From NCBI RefSeq assembly GCF_037042905.1, contig NC_087251.1, forward strand, positions 17,362,001 to 17,426,000: DNA of 64,000 bases, written 5' to 3'. This DNA is from Lytechinus pictus. Taxonomy: Eukaryota. Positions 1 through 15,800 of this stretch are shown here, piece after piece. The notes beneath the pieces are model-generated. The model was given only the letters and a program-made list of their open reading frames with translations. It did no database searches and was not told where the DNA came from. The first letter of the stretch is position 1; the number at the start of each line of letters is the position of its first letter. The position numbers were made by a program, and so were the translations under genes.

Positions 1-325
1 CTTTATATTTCTATATTCACTTGTGAACCAAATTTTCAAATTGAATGTTACCCTTATATTTAGCCGTTTTATATACTTTATTTTCTTAATTACAATTAAA
101 TGAGGAAAGTAATGTTACAATTGTTTTGTGCAGTACTGTATTCAGTTTTCGAAAGGGCTCAAAGCGCTAATAATAGAGGAGTGCAAAATGAGATATGAAT
201 GTAATGATACCTAATTATGTCAGCAACTTTGCAAAGTTAAATATTTCTTTGGGTTTGTGTTCCCTAAAAATTATTTCATAAAATTTTGAATGGTTTTCCA
301 ACAACTAGAAAAAGAAGTTGACAAT

Positions 326-624
326 GGCCCGCATTCTGAAGTCGGGTTTAACTTAAACTCAGGTTTAAAGTTGTGGTTTAAGTATGGGAAGCCAAAATTA
401 TAAATTTTTGTTTTAAGTTGTATGTTTTTTATGTTTACTGTGCTCTTTCCTGATACATCGATGGTGAAGACAATCATCTATTTATACTTCCTACACAATT
501 ACGAATGATTTGAGAGCTGAAAGTATGATATCCCTACTGTTAGTGATGTAACAATTGGCTGTCCATACTTACACCACAACTTTAAACCTGAGTTTAAGTT
601 AAACCCGACTTCAGAATACGGGCC
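326..624. mobile_element. PIF/Harbinger-like MITE
   Basis: Long TIR GGCCCGCATTCTGAAGTCGGGTTTAACTTAAACTCAGG...; 3-bp TSD AAT. Confidence 0.8.
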
Positions 625-778
625 AATGAGTTTTTGATTGTCATTGTTGTTTATGCTTATCTCCATTTTAATTTGTAAACTTTATTTCGTGCAAATAAAT
701 GAGTAATAAGTATATCTAGTTCCCCTTTAGTGTATGATTTTACGATCAGCTTCATGGAATCCCTTCTATTTCTTTCAG

Positions 779-3700
779 TTTTCAGAAAGACTGACCAAGA
801 TATTCGCAGGTAAGGGCCAGATACCAGGAATGTTAGAATTGATTCCAGACCCACGATTTCATCTAGACTGTTCAAATATGACCTTCATAGAGGCTGATAG
901 GTATGCTAATTATTTCGGTGTTTTCAAGGGGATACTGTACAAAGATTGATTTTAATGGACCCCACATTTCCATTTTCATATGCTTTATTTCATACAGCTT
1001 TTCTACAAAATGTGCATTCCTAAATTTGTATCTGATCTATAAATCTGGGGAGCGTTTCATAAACATTTTCATCCGACAAGTTGTCAGATCTAACAACTTC
1101 CCTTAATTATTATTGGTTTAGAAGCACTGTTACTATGGTAACTGTCGGATAAAATAAGACTCCATGAAATGCTCCCTAGATACAAATCTAAGGATTGAAA
1201 TTATATGAAATACGAAGTAATGTATTTCTTCATATGAGGTTTGAATGGAAATGAAATAAAGTATTGAATTGAATGCTCTTATCAATTCAGAGTCAGTGTT
1301 TGATCTATAATTTGAAAGAATAGGATATACCTGGATAGATAAGATAGATGGATCGATAAAAAAAAACATGTGCACATATTTGTAGCATTATTTCTTCTGT
1401 CATTCCATTTCATTTGATGTAAGATAAAAGAGAATTGTGTACGAACTGCTTTGCCCATGGACATAATATTCTGTGCCGAGAATCGAACTTCATAATTTCA
1501 TATATATAGTCAGGCACCTCAGACCATGCAGCTTTGGAGTCTCCTCTATATAGAATTCTTGTTTCGTTTATTTTGTCACTAATTGAAAATAGGACTTTAC
1601 AGCGATATATTTATGTAAATATAAAGTTATACGACTCACTGAAAGTGTCAAATTACAGTTGTACATTCATGTAGATTAATGATCATTTTAAGTGTCGTAT
1701 TTCTCGTCTATGAAGTATTTGGGAGTTCTACGTTCGAGTAGATCCGTGCAAGATCCATAAAGTGCAAGTAAGCGGCAAACCAAGCGTGGCCTCTCATGGA
1801 TGTTTTATCAGGTATATGATATCAAAGAGTGAACTCATTAACATTTAGTTTTGTATCAGCATAATACATTTTTTTAATGATTTTATTCTGGTAATAATTG
1901 CGGTAATTCTTTTTTTTCTTCAGAATTTTTAGTTTATTTTCCCTGATAATAAATGCAGCTTTGTAGGTCTATGTATATCGAATACATCTGTTTAAGGTCC
2001 CTATGTGAGACTATTTCTTTTTTAGCATCTGTTACAAAAATTCCTTAAATTATACTTCATAGTATTGTAGTTGATAGTATAAATCATTCATTACACACGC
2101 AAGTAGTTATTTTCTGTGTGAATTTGGTATGGAATAAGAAACTTGGATAATGATAACGGATTTAAACAGTCACATGCAGTTTTACCACTCTGTTCAGGAT
2201 TTTATCTCAATATACCCCAGTGTGTCACCAAAGGAAGCAGATATAATAAAAAAATAAAATAATGAGGATAAAGTAATTAATTGTCTTTTCCATTCATTTG
2301 AAGGGACACCAATGCAGTGATATCTTCAAAGTGTGTCGATGAAATACTGCACAATGAGGGGTCATTTACCTTAAAAGGTCAACCTGGGATATCCGAAGTA
2401 TTCAAAGATCCCTGTAATCAGGAGACTGCTTTTGTTATAATGAGGTAAATATTTTGCTTTATTTTTGTTTTGAATGAATAACAATGAGATCAAAACTTTT
2501 TTGTTGGTTTCTTTGTTAAAAAAGTATGTGTTGCTGGGTATATTACATAGTTGCTCAGGTTTTTTTATTATTATTTCTGCTGCAAATAGATTCTGACTCT
2601 GATATTTTTGTTGTTTTTGTCCTTTAGTGGATATTGCTTATTTACTTCAGATGGTTTTAGGACCACTGATGAAATTGTGGTGTCATCGGAAGCTCTAATG
2701 GTAAGTAAAATTAAAATACTTTCTTTTAAATATTCACTACAACAGTAATTTGGTTTTTAGGGATTGAATACGCCCCCTCCCCTTATCTGTCCCCCATAAA
2801 ATACAAAAATTCATAATTTCCTTTCTTAAAATAATAATAATGGTCTTTATTAGGCATCAAAACATTATTGGCAGCCAAAGGCTAAATTGTAAATGTTTGT
2901 ATACAGTAAAAAGATTCACATATAAATTTAACAGATCAGTATACAAAATATACAAAATACAGAATATATTTATCTGAAATAAATTATTACTAATCAATAT
3001 ACACAAGAAAGGGCGGACTCCATCCAACCTTGCAAAGATAACTAGAGGAAAAAGGAAACATTTGATTGGTGGGACGGTATGAAGTTGATTAAGCAGTTTA
3101 AAAAACCATATCAAACTGACGGAAAGAAAGATAGATTTAAAAATGGACAAGAAATAATCATTTTCAGACTTATTATTCCTTTCACAGTTCAATGATAACT
3201 GTTATTAAAAAAAGGAAGAAATTAACCAAAGTAATTGATTGATAAATGTATAATTTACATTTTACCAAAATTAAATCCACTCCTTTGCAAAATAATTGCC
3301 ATGCATTATTCAAAAGTTATGCTGTGATTCTTGACAGAAGAAAGGCAAGCATGTCATGATGTTTGTATCTTTGGGTATTTTAGGGCTCATCGTCAATTTT
3401 GAAAGACATTGCTATAACCACCAGCTTCATGATCTACCTTCTTGACGATGGCTCTGTACTCACACAGAATAGGTCCTCTGGAGAATTCATGAAATTGACA
3501 GGTATTTACCACTTCAGTTTATAAGGTAGATGAATTTGATCATTATCAAAGGATTGTTTGAGATTCATGACCAGGCACTTGCATGTCTAACCTGTCAATT
3601 TATTATCAGTAAAGGTAAGTCATATGACTGGCCATGGTTTTGAGATGAACTTGATTCATTCAAAATACAAGGATCCATACCCTTCTTACTGTTATATAAT

Positions 3701-6700
3701 GGAGAAATAATACACACAAATTTGTTCAAATGCTATAATAAGAAATAAAACTGTGTTAGAATAATTGTTCCAAATGTATACTATAGATAAGATTCATAAT
3801 ATCTATCCGTGGGTGGGGCACCATAATATTTTTAGGCCACAAGACGACCTAAAGGTGACACCATTGTATTGTTATTCAATCTAATTACAGAGGTATAGAA
3901 AAACACGACCCAAACCTCTTATTTCTTCTTCCCCTTTTTTCTTGTTTTTTTTCTCTTTTGCTAATTGAAAAATCAATAGGGTCCCAAGCCCCCCCCCCCC
4001 TACCCTGTAGTGCCAACCCCCTGAATATGTCTCTCTTTAGTGTACTGCCTGTATAATATCATGATGATATAGTGTCTTAAATGGGTAATTAGTCAAAAGT
4101 AAACATTGACATGTGCTCTGAAAGATGAGTTCATATCTAATATAGATATATGTCTGATGTGTTATGAATATCGCCTGTATAATATTACATACATACATCA
4201 TTGATTGTTTCAGTGATGGTAGGCTACCACCCCTCCCGTTTGTTTTGTTTTGTTTAAGGGTTGATTACATGGATTTCAAAATACATTGGAACCTGTTTAT
4301 TACGACCACCCAATTGAGACAAGAAGAATGGTCCTAATGAGCAGGTGATCTGTATATATAGGTTGTTTTGATACATGTTTCAATAAGGAAATCATCCAAG
4401 GGAAACCAAACGTGCGGTCTTTATAGACAGGTGTTCCTTCTCTAAAGGTGGCCAATAAACCAGGTTTGACACTCTACTTGAGGTGTTCAATGTATATGAA
4501 GAAATCCAGTGTGTAAATTTTATGTTACAAAATGCGAATAGATAAGACTTGTTAAATAAATTACCCTTTATCTTCATCACTTGATCCTTTAGATGTGAAT
4601 GAACTGGTTGCAATTGAGGGAAGGCCATCTTGTCACCACTCACAAATGCGTGAGGTAAGATATATTGTTTTATTTTTGTAAAACATTTGATTTAACATTT
4701 GTTACCATTTTAGTCTTCTGGTATTTTATGCTGGGAATTTGCGAACCGTTTAGCATGTTTAGACATCATTTCTCATTTAGTGCAACAATCTTTGTTAATT
4801 GCTAAAAAAAAATTGATACAAAATCCAACTCGAGGAAGCTCTTGAGGTATGTTGCCTGCATGAAATTGATTTTTTTTTTAAATATATCAGTTTTTCATTT
4901 TCTCATGAATTAAACAAAATTGCGATATTCAATGTTCATTAAGAGGTTATCTACGCATGCTAGCCAGATTTTATATTTTGTCTCTTGACCAGATTGAAAA
5001 TGAGATGTTCCTCGGATGGGAAAGAGGAAGTATATATATCTTCCTTGGAACTGAGTTGATACAAATCATACAAGCAAGCAAGGAAGCAGTGCCGTTTATA
5101 CAGTATCCATTTTGGCTTGATCAGGATCATATTGAGGCAAGTTATTCATTTCTTTTCAAGTTTATTCATTGCAAGTACCTTCAAGAAAAAAAAATGGACA
5201 TTAAAATTATTATACATGCTTTTCCATGAAAGGAGTATATTAAAAAAAATATATATAGTATTCCGAACATGACTGCGTTCCCATGACAAAAGGAAGTTAC
5301 GCTGTGGAATGAGTTTCTTAGTAAATGAAAAAAAAATGTGTCGTTTTATGTGGTAATACATGCATGTCAACTGTTTTTTGGTAATAGGCAGTTTTTTTTT
5401 TTTTAATAGGCAGTAGCAAAGTATGTTTTGCAGGTAGGCCTACATGATTTTTTTGTTAATTATCTTTACAGTATAGGGGAAGAGATGGGGAACACTTAAA
5501 TGGCTTGTAAATGTCCTTGCTCTGAATTTTGTTTGGGCAGGTGTCAGTTGAATATGTTGCATTCACTGATGAATCCAATGGAGTCACTGTTCTGATGACA
5601 TTGACAGCACCAGGGGAACAGTCTGTCTCTCTTATATTCAAGAAAGATTGGACTTCTGATTCATGGGGGAACCCATTGCCATTCTTCAGTAGGAAAGATG
5701 CAAATTCTCGTGAGTCATTCACATTATTCTCATGTTACTTTTTCATTGGAGAGAACTTATCTTTTTATTTTACAAGCGCGTTTTTCCTGTGTTTTCCCCG
5801 CCGTGTGTCATTGATATAAACAAGTTTTCATATTTTTAACCAGATATTTTTATGGTAAAGTGTTGTACTTGTATACGAACATATACTGGTTTTTCATTAA
5901 ATTTTCTCATATTTCACTTGGCCTAGTTACCTGCAGGTCTTTGCCTGCCTGCACACTTTAACATTAATTCGAATATGAATTTATTAAATACTAGGTATAG
6001 TGAGACATTCACGTTTGCTGGATATAATATCAGGTTAAAAGGGTTCATGGATAAATGTTCACATATATCTTGGATGACGTTTAAACAAACGTGTTCCCTC
6101 TTTTTCTTTTTATATTGGATAAAACTTTTTTTTCCTTTTGACATGCAGTAAGTTCATAATTTGATACCTAAAAGCTAGTCTACGAGATCATTGGAATATT
6201 CTTTCAAAATCCAATATTGATGAAGATATTTCTTTAAATGCACATTTGATGTTTTTCAAAGATCTAACAAATAATGCCCAAAACCCTGGAATTGAATTTG
6301 CATGTTGCTTGATAATCAAAGAAGAAGACTACAAGATACATTAGGCAATTCATCTTGCTACGCTACCATATCAGCTTAATTCTCAAAACACAATTTTTTT
6401 TAAAAATTGTTTAGATACAGTATTAACAGTATTCATTCATTCATTTTCATAGCTGTTATCACTATGCTAATTTCTTACATGAGGAAATAAGACCAGGGTC
6501 TATCATTTTGAGAAGTATTATATTAACTTTATTTTACTGTGATATTTTGATACATATTCATACTTCAGTTATTCTTACTCAATATCTGTTTTATCGTGTA
6601 TTTTACAGCTGTTTCTCTAATCCAATTACATGACACCGAGGGAAGCACAATACTCTGGGATCAAAATAGTGTTTACTATAACTATGCTAACGGTAGGCTC

Positions 6701-9700
6701 TTATTTTTAAATTGACCCGCATTCATTAATTATTTAAGTTAAATGCCTTATCACATACTACTGTCTAATGATGTATTCTGTGGTATATGTTGATTTGACA
6801 ATGTTTTTCTTCAGCTGGTTTAGATTTAGGCAGTCAGTGCTCTCCCTCTTTTACCGGTTATGACAAGAAAAATCTTATTCAATTTACAGCTGCCGTCTAA
6901 CATCTAGTGAAATTTGTTAGCAGGCAGATGTTATCATGACAGACGCCAGATTGTAGCCACTACGTGACGTCCGATGCCTTAAAAATGAATCAGCACTTGA
7001 ACTTGCAAATCAGTGGATTATCTCTTGGTACACAATTGTGAAAAAAACTGCCTAGTCAGCTAATGGTCAAGTTACAGAATATATCGGTTCTGTGTCATAA
7101 ACTTGCAATGTGAACAAAATTACAATGAATATTATTTGTTACAGACATTTTAAACAATCACATTTGTCATTTTAACCGATGCATTAATTTTGAAATAAGC
7201 ATGATGAACAGTTTTTAAAAATCCAAAAATGCTGTTGACAGAAGCATATACCGCTTGAGATTTCACACTCTGCGACCCATGGTCTTAAAGTATGATCTGG
7301 TTGCATCTGGCATCTTTTGCAAAATCATGAAAAACACCTTAGGTACATAGAAATGAAGAGTGGAAAAGAGACTTTGAAATTGCAGAAACAATGAAAGATA
7401 TGAATGCAAAAAGGAGTGAGAGATGGAATGAAAAATGAGAAAAAAAAAGAGCAGGAAGAAGCATATATCTGTTATAAAGAGATGAAAACGGGATGCAGAA
7501 AATGAAATATATTGTGAATGCATGGGGTTTGATTGATCAAACGAAACTTTGAAAATTTTCGTTATTGGAAGTGCGGTTAAGAAAAGGATATTATCAAATC
7601 ATTTTATTTCAGGGTTTGACCATGGCATCATGGTGATTCATAACGCAGTGGATGAAGATCACAATGATGAAATAGAACCATTTATCAAGCAGTTAACCAT
7701 AACTATGGCTGGTATAAACATTGTTTTGTCATCTGAAAATGTACTCTTCACATCACAATATCACCAGAGGTTCCTCATTGGAGTAAGTGAAATATTTGCT
7801 TGTAAATAATTTTTTGTTGTAGCGGATGGGCGATGTAATTGATTTCATTGATAGTAATATTAATGCAGTTCATCTCCCAAATATGTAGCTGCACTCAGTA
7901 AACCATTTTTCATTATGCCATTTTGTTGTTTCATCTTGATTCTGTTATATTTATGATGGAAGGGAGATTTGTTTTATAATTTGAAACCATCTTGTCTTTT
8001 GAACATTCAAAGTTAAAATTATAATCTAGTACCATTGTACTCCATTTGTTTCTACAGCATTCTTCACTAGCAGCTCCTGAAGAGGATCTAGCTATATATA
8101 CCAACTATGTTGATCAAGTCTATATTTTAAAACTCAATGGGTGAGTGCTTTCATATTCTACTTTCCTTTCAAGACGTTCTAAATACTACTAATATTTGTT
8201 TTTGTCCAGCAAATAGTGATCTTTAGAAAAAAGTTTATCATAAAACTCAAGAGAAGCTGAGATTGTAATAGTCCACATATTCAATTAAAGTTGCAGCTCA
8301 ACCACATCAAGTCAATTCAATTTTTATACAAGGAATCTGGAAAAGAAATGAATCAGCAAGATAAAAAAATATGAGAAATACAACAATCGAGGTTTGTTTG
8401 ACAAAAATCCATTAAAGAACAATTCAGTTATGTATTTTCCAATGTAATAATCTTATAACACACATGTCCACCCCTCCCTCATTTATAAATCAATATTGGT
8501 TCCATAAAATGTTATTAGTTCATCATGATTACGTAATATATATTTGCTTATTTGGAGAAATATGTAATAAAGACTTTCTTTGAAGAATACCATTGGAGCT
8601 TTTGTGAAATAATCTGTTTGATAAGATATAGAATGCAGAGCTGATATAAATTCATAGATTTCTGGAAAAAGACACTTTATTCAATTTAAATGACATTAAG
8701 GGAAGCTGCTTGCACTTTGGTGTCTCAATGAAAAAGAAATCATAACTTTGTTACTCTAATGGAGTTTCACCAAACCTTCATGAATGAGCTTCTATCATTT
8801 TCTAATGTTATTAAAACTAAGAAGTTGATATCATAATGGTCAGGTGGACTACCCTTCCAAGGAGATAATAGAGTGATTCTGCATCCTTTCTGATTTTTGT
8901 CATTTTCTTTCTATTAACCTGTACTTTGTAGATCAAATATAGTAAGAACAAGTTATGCCTTGAAAGCTGACATTGGAAGTATTGTTACCCAGCTGGAACA
9001 TACTGAATGTATGGTAAGCATATTTCAATAATTGTTGTATTCACTATATAAGTATACCATATTCAGTTATTAAAGTACTATTCTCCCATTCAAAGTGATG
9101 AAGCTATTTGCATCATTTGAAACATGTAGTAATTATTTCTTCCTTTTTAATACTCCTGTGATATTTCAGATATTTAGAAATGTATGTGACTACAATCGCC
9201 TTTCTTTTTCTTCATTTCTTCATTTTTTTTTTGAGGGAGGGGGAGTGGGGATGCTTCTACTAGTATGTAAAAAAGTGAAATAACAGGGACTGATGAAATT
9301 CTTTCCTTTTTCATATTGACTCAGTATCATGAGTTTGAAGAGGGTCCCCAATATGAAGTTTATTATATGGATCTGAGAGATTCTGCAGTCATCTGGGCTC
9401 AGCTTGTATTCCCGGCCAACAGGTATAATGATATTCAGGTTAGTACTTAAAAACCACATAAATTAATTATAATGTTTGCTTATTTCTGTATTTTAATGAT
9501 TCATTTTGAGTATTCCTTTTCATAATTAAAAAAATTTATTACATATCAAGTAAGTGTTCTTAAAGAAATTAATATTTATTTTTCTCACTCCATCTAGACG
9601 GTGATCAACCGCCCAAACAAACTTATCATTCAGGAACAAACGATGAACGATTTTAACCCAGGGAGTAAATTGATTAAGAAGGTAAGGTATTATGTAAGAT

Positions 9701-12700
9701 ACACATGCAAACTACTCTTATCCACAGTCACTTTCACAGTATTCGAATGGCATTGAATATTGAACACACACAGTGCTCATTTAGTTTCTGCCTTGGTTTT
9801 CATGTAGTCAAACTAGTCATTTTGGGGGCATTTTGGTCAGTGCCTTAAAAAGGCCCATTTAAAGAAAAAAAAATTGACATAAAATATAATATAAAAACTA
9901 TAATAATGAAAAAAGGCAACAATAAAAAGGAAATTCAAATCTAGAATCTACATAGCTGGTTCATGGATGGATCGATAGATAGACAGACAGACAGACAGAT
10001 AGATAGAGTGCAGGGTATTTATATTCATGTTCTTATTATATGTCTGGATATTATGTTCTCATCCGTGTGAGTGCAGATTCTCAGTTTACACAGCAATTTC
10101 GTGTTTAAAGAGGGTAGAGGATATGAGGAAGCTTTGGAAGCAGCTACAGGACTAGTTACCATAGAGATGAAACCTAAACGATATGGTATAGGATGTCGCT
10201 CTCCTTTCAATATGGTAATTATATCCCAAATTTGAATTTGATAGATCTATAGCAAGTTAGTGGACATTTTTCATTGGAAGAGGCACACTTAATTTATTGC
10301 TATATTTAGGGTGGGGGTGTGAATTTCATTGGTAAATCTTCTTCATGAATTGGTTCACAAGTGCTTTTGCTGAGAATGTACCAGTTTCCTGAGAAGAAAA
10401 ATAATTGAAATGGGGGAGGGGTAAGTTTCTAATTATTTATTTATGTCGTGTTTTGTTTTCTTTATCATTGGAATCATAAGGAAAAATATGAAACAACAAT
10501 AAATAAAGTCGATTTGGTGGATATTGAATGTTTTTATTGTTTCGCCAGCATAGCAGAACGAGACTAAGCGCCGCTTTTCCAACGGTGGCAGCGACGACGT
10601 CGTCGTCAACATTGAAATCTTAACCATGGTTAAGTTTTTAAATGTCAACATAACTTAGAAAGTATTGACCTAGTACATGAAACTTGGACATAAAATTTAC
10701 AAAGTATTACTGAATATCCTGCCTCAGTTTCAGGTCACATGACTAAGATCAAAGGTCATTTAGGGTCAATGAACTTAGACCATGTTAGGGGAATCAACAT
10801 CGAAATCTTAACCATCAAGTTTTTGAATGTCATCATAACTTTGAAATTATTTAAATCTATAGTTCATGAAACCTGGACATAAGTGTATAATCAAGTATCA
10901 GTGAACACCCTGCGTGCCAAATTATAGTCACATGACCAAGGTCAAAGGTCATTGTCAATGAACTTTGACTACGTTGGGGTATTTATTGAATTGCCATCAT
11001 AACTTTTATGGATCTTGATCATGAAACATGGACGTATAAATACAAGTATCACTGATCGTCTTGCACGAGTCTTAGGTCACATGATCAAGGTCAATGATCA
11101 TAATAGGGTCAACACATTTTATTATCATATGATTTTTTTTTGTGTGTAAATTATTATTCAATACTTGTTTTTAAAGTCAGCACTGCCGCTATATTAAATC
11201 GCGCGATGCAGGCGAGACTGCCAGAAAAAAATAAATGCAAAAAACTTGTTTGCAATTTTGAATTGATGAATCATTGATTGATTGATTGATATCCAGCACA
11301 GCAATCAAGGCTTTCTGTTGCAAAAAGCATAGCAATAATCACTTGCAAATTCATAATCCACTGCAATATTTAATTGATTTGGTCTATTGAAATTTTACTT
11401 TTTTAGTTTTCGGTTAATTGCAATTTCAATCATTCATCCTTTCATAATGTTTTCTGTTTGTATCTATAGGTATCTGAGCTTGAGATAGCGTGTCCTCCTC
11501 ATCGACACATCAGAGTTCACAAACCTGAGGAATGTGAAGAATACGGTTCATATGTCATAAACAAGTTAGCACATTACTTTTACTCATTCGACATTGTCGT
11601 TGAAGATCAAATTTTGAATAATTCACAATGTATTTTTTTTGCTAAATTGAATAAAGTAGTCAAATAACTAAATTGAAGAAAATAGGCAAATAAAAAGACC
11701 TTGTACACTTTGATGTATTTCCATGGAGCATCCATTTCTTTTAACCAACTTAAAGTTAAGGAGGACTTTATTTTTGATAAATCAATGAAACCAGGCTGTA
11801 ATTATGAATATGATATTTTGAGTATTAAAGGTTGACCTTTGTGTTATTCAGTAATCTGTATTATTTTCTTATTTCGTTATTAGGAAATCCTTTGCTCAAG
11901 TGAATGATGAACAAGCTGCATCTGAGATGGTAATAGTATTTTTATAGTAATATAATAGCAAAAAAATAAAACAAGAAATCCATTAAAAAGAATGATATCA
12001 GTTAGCCACTTATTTAATACATATGATAGCAAGCTTAAGTCCAAAGTAGATCTGAATTAGTTCTGATAAAAGTAAAATGTTTAAAAAGTGCATTTTTGTT
12101 AGTCTCCTATATATGTTATATAATCTAACAGTAATATTATTTTCTTTTCATAGAGTATGATGAGATAGCACCTAAACCTAAATAATTCTTTGATAAAAGC
12201 CCTAAATTAATCAAGGTAGAGAACTTGTTGAGAAGAAATTATTGTAGAACGGCAGTTAATTATTTGTATTCGTCATCCCCTCCCCATTACCAAAGTTTAG
12301 ACTTAATCTTGAATTTTTTTTAAAGAAGATGCTAGTGGTTGTTGATTAGAAAATTTGGATTTGTTTTATTCCCCTCAGGTTGTTCAATATGACAAGCAAT
12401 TATATGGATGTCCGTTTATTCAGACTGCTAGGGATGTATTCAAACCAGAAATTGATTTGTAAGTTTAATGGTTGATTTTTCATCAATCTTTACTTTCGTT
12501 GGCCACCATGACACAAATATTTTTAACATTATTATATCCAAAGTGTAATTGCTTTGAATGTGATTATGCTTTGAACACAGCCGGCGATCCAGGATGGACA
12601 CCCCCCCCCCCCAAAAAAAAAAAATGAATAAATTGAAATAAGAATTAAAGCTTTGATAATTATTTTTCTTTTAATTCTAGTCAAAAAGCCAAAAATAAAA

Positions 12701-12787
12701 AAAAACTGACAAATTTATTGGCCAGTCTATTCTGGTGCTTATCCATTATCTCTCTTTCTATCTTTTCTCTCAGCCCCTCCCCCAGGC

Positions 12788-12827
<40 letters not shown>

Positions 12828-15800
12828 TCCTCTTTTGTCATTCTGGTGTTAATGTTGGACCAAGCTGTAAGGTCTGGTAAAACATAATTCTAATTATGAG
12901 ATATCTATTAAACAATTGTATATGCTTTATTTACTTTGCCAGATATGATGAAGACACGTTTGTAGAGACAATGACAGCTGGTTTTGTGATGTGGGAAGAC
13001 AATGGCCGACATGACTTTACCTACACAGCATCCATGAGTTTGGTAACCATTGTTTTATTTCTTTGTTTCAAAGACAGACAAGTAGAAATCTGGATGATTC
13101 TGATCCAGTCTTTTAATGTTGAAGAAAAAATATCTTTATGAACCCTCTCTCGAATAGAATCAGTGGACATCACTTTGTAATTTTAACTTTACAGTAATTT
13201 CTTTGTTACCTGATTGCTAGGAAAGCATGATTGCTTTTAACATCTTTAGGTAAGCAACCAAAGAACCAAATGTTAATTGTCCTCTCCAGGTAAAGGACCT
13301 TAATTCAAGATCGAGGGCCAACTACCTTTTATTTCATGTTTATCTTTAATTCAATCACATCGATGGATATTGTTTTTATATATAAACTGATGTTATAAAT
13401 GTAGATGGACAGATCAGAGAGACGCATACTCCAAGAAGAAGGTGTTGGGTCTCAAAAATTAAAAAGAAGGCAAATAAAGTAGGAATATTTCATAAGAATA
13501 TCCTGAAAACAAAAAAAGGGGGGGGGTTGACAATTCCCCCTCCAACAAAAAACAAAACAAAAAAAGACACAATGTCTATAAACATTCTGACAAGCAATTT
13601 TTTTTATATCACTTTAAAATGAGGGGAAGCACTTATAGGGGAAGTTCAAAACCATTTATTTTGTGCTTGTCCATCATTGTCCATGTACTGGATTCAAGCA
13701 TATTCCATGGCTAATCAATGTACTCTTCACCATACAGGCTGGATGTCTCCGATTGGCACAGACATGGGATAAGATGAAAGAAGGCGTAGCTGATGGTGTT
13801 CCAGTTAAAAACATATGGGGTCCTCATGTGAGTACATTCTAATATCCTTTTTTATTCAAATACAATGATACCAAAAAATCTATTTAAATAGTTGAATCTC
13901 TGCAAAATGAAAATAGCTGATAATAGAGAATGATGAAGTATTCCAAGTATCAAGCATAGTATATGTACATAGTAACTTTGGTATATAATGGACATATACA
14001 TTATAAATGTATTGTTAATTTATACTAACTTAATATTCCCAGTCTGTGACAGAAAGTTCAGTCTATTACTGTATCAGTTGATAGTTCAGTGGATTTTACA
14101 TATATATACCACAAACCTCTCAAACCCTCCAAATCTGGAGGAAAGAATTTGCATTTTAAACTCCTGTTTAAATAGGATTTTTCTATTTTACTGTGTATTC
14201 ATATGGGAAATGCAATTTCTTTCCTTTTTTTGAGCCAAATCATCCCTACTTTTCAATCAGAAATTTTGGGAGGTCTGATACCATCAATTATAAAGGTGAG
14301 TCCCACGATCAACCCTAAGCTTTGAGATACAGGGCCCTGATATAACTGCATTACCCCCACAAACGATCTCGTGAGTCAATTATAGAGTTATCATATCTCT
14401 CTAAATTTACTTCAATAATTATAGGTCTCCATTGAAGACATGCATGTACTTGTATATATTTTTACCTTTCCTATCTTAAATAGAATTATGAGAATTGCTT
14501 CATTTACGAGGTAACGGAGATGGCGTTGCTCCAAGAACCGTATCAGATCTTGAACCAGTCAGGAAATAATAGTATCAGATGGCTTGCCACTGGCTATAAT
14601 CAGCTTTATCTCTTTTCTCTACACGTTGTAGATCCTTATTACAGGTAATACGCATTTATTTTTGATTGAATAAAAAGAATGATTGTTCATATAAAAGTAA
14701 TGCATATGGAAACATATTACAGGATCTTATAGAAATAAATACAAAGGGACAGGAGAAACCTTCCCTAAAATTGTATGACAAATTGTCAGATGTGACAGCT
14801 ATCTTGATTTTTGAATGGCCGGGAAGCACATTTGTCTGATTGTTGGTATGATAATTGCCAGATATGAAACTATAGGCTATGTTAGATGAAATATGACGAG
14901 CCATTTCATGAAACGCACCCCAGAGTATGTATAATTCCAGTATCAAATTCTCACATAAGATCCCAAATACTACAGAAAATAAATTACCTAAACATAATTA
15001 ACTACCTTTTATTAATTTATTTTTTTTGCTTGATCCATTTTGACTGCTGAAGTGTAGTTTTATGAAGCAAAGTATTTTGAAATAATTAACTTATAATGAT
15101 GAAAATAGCAATATATATATAACATGTTTGCTATCCACTCAATACAATAGTTCCCAGTTGCAATTTGCGGTTAAACGAATTTCACTGCAACCCAACCTCA
15201 AAATTATGATATTTCACCTATTCATTCTTTACCTATTTCCTTGTATCATCATCATCATCGTCTTTGTTATTATCATGTATAGTTATTGCAGTTTGGAAGC
15301 GCGGGTAGCTGTGATTGTATCTGATCAAACTATTGTCGGAGTCAGAGAGACACCACTCCTACGCATCTCACTCGGTACATTCGCAGCGTTGACTGTGTGC
15401 ATCCTCTTTGCTACATACTTCCTGTACAGACGTGGTCACATACACGAGTTAGCACTTGATTTACACCGTAAGTGTTCCTCATCAATGCGGGGGATGTTCC
15501 AGAGAACCCAAGAAATATTACCCTTTTTATTTCGCATATTTTGGGAGAAAGGGCACTAATTAAAGAAAACGGATCCTTTTCGGCATTTTGAAGACGAAAT
15601 AGGTGAAGAGCAATCAAGATCTCAAAATAGCATTTTTAATATGTTTTTTTTTTCCCTCAAGGCATGCATACTAATTTTTGTGTGATAAAATAATCTTTGG
15701 AGTGATCTAGTCCTGCATAGGTGATTGGCTCCTGGCATTAATCATAAAATTCCTATTGTGATATACCACACTCTAATACTAATGCACCATTTATGATTAT

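Noticed and set aside
6815..6900. Extra CATSPERE exon
   Set aside because: It runs into a stop unless a weak donor is used, and the flanking exons already join in phase.
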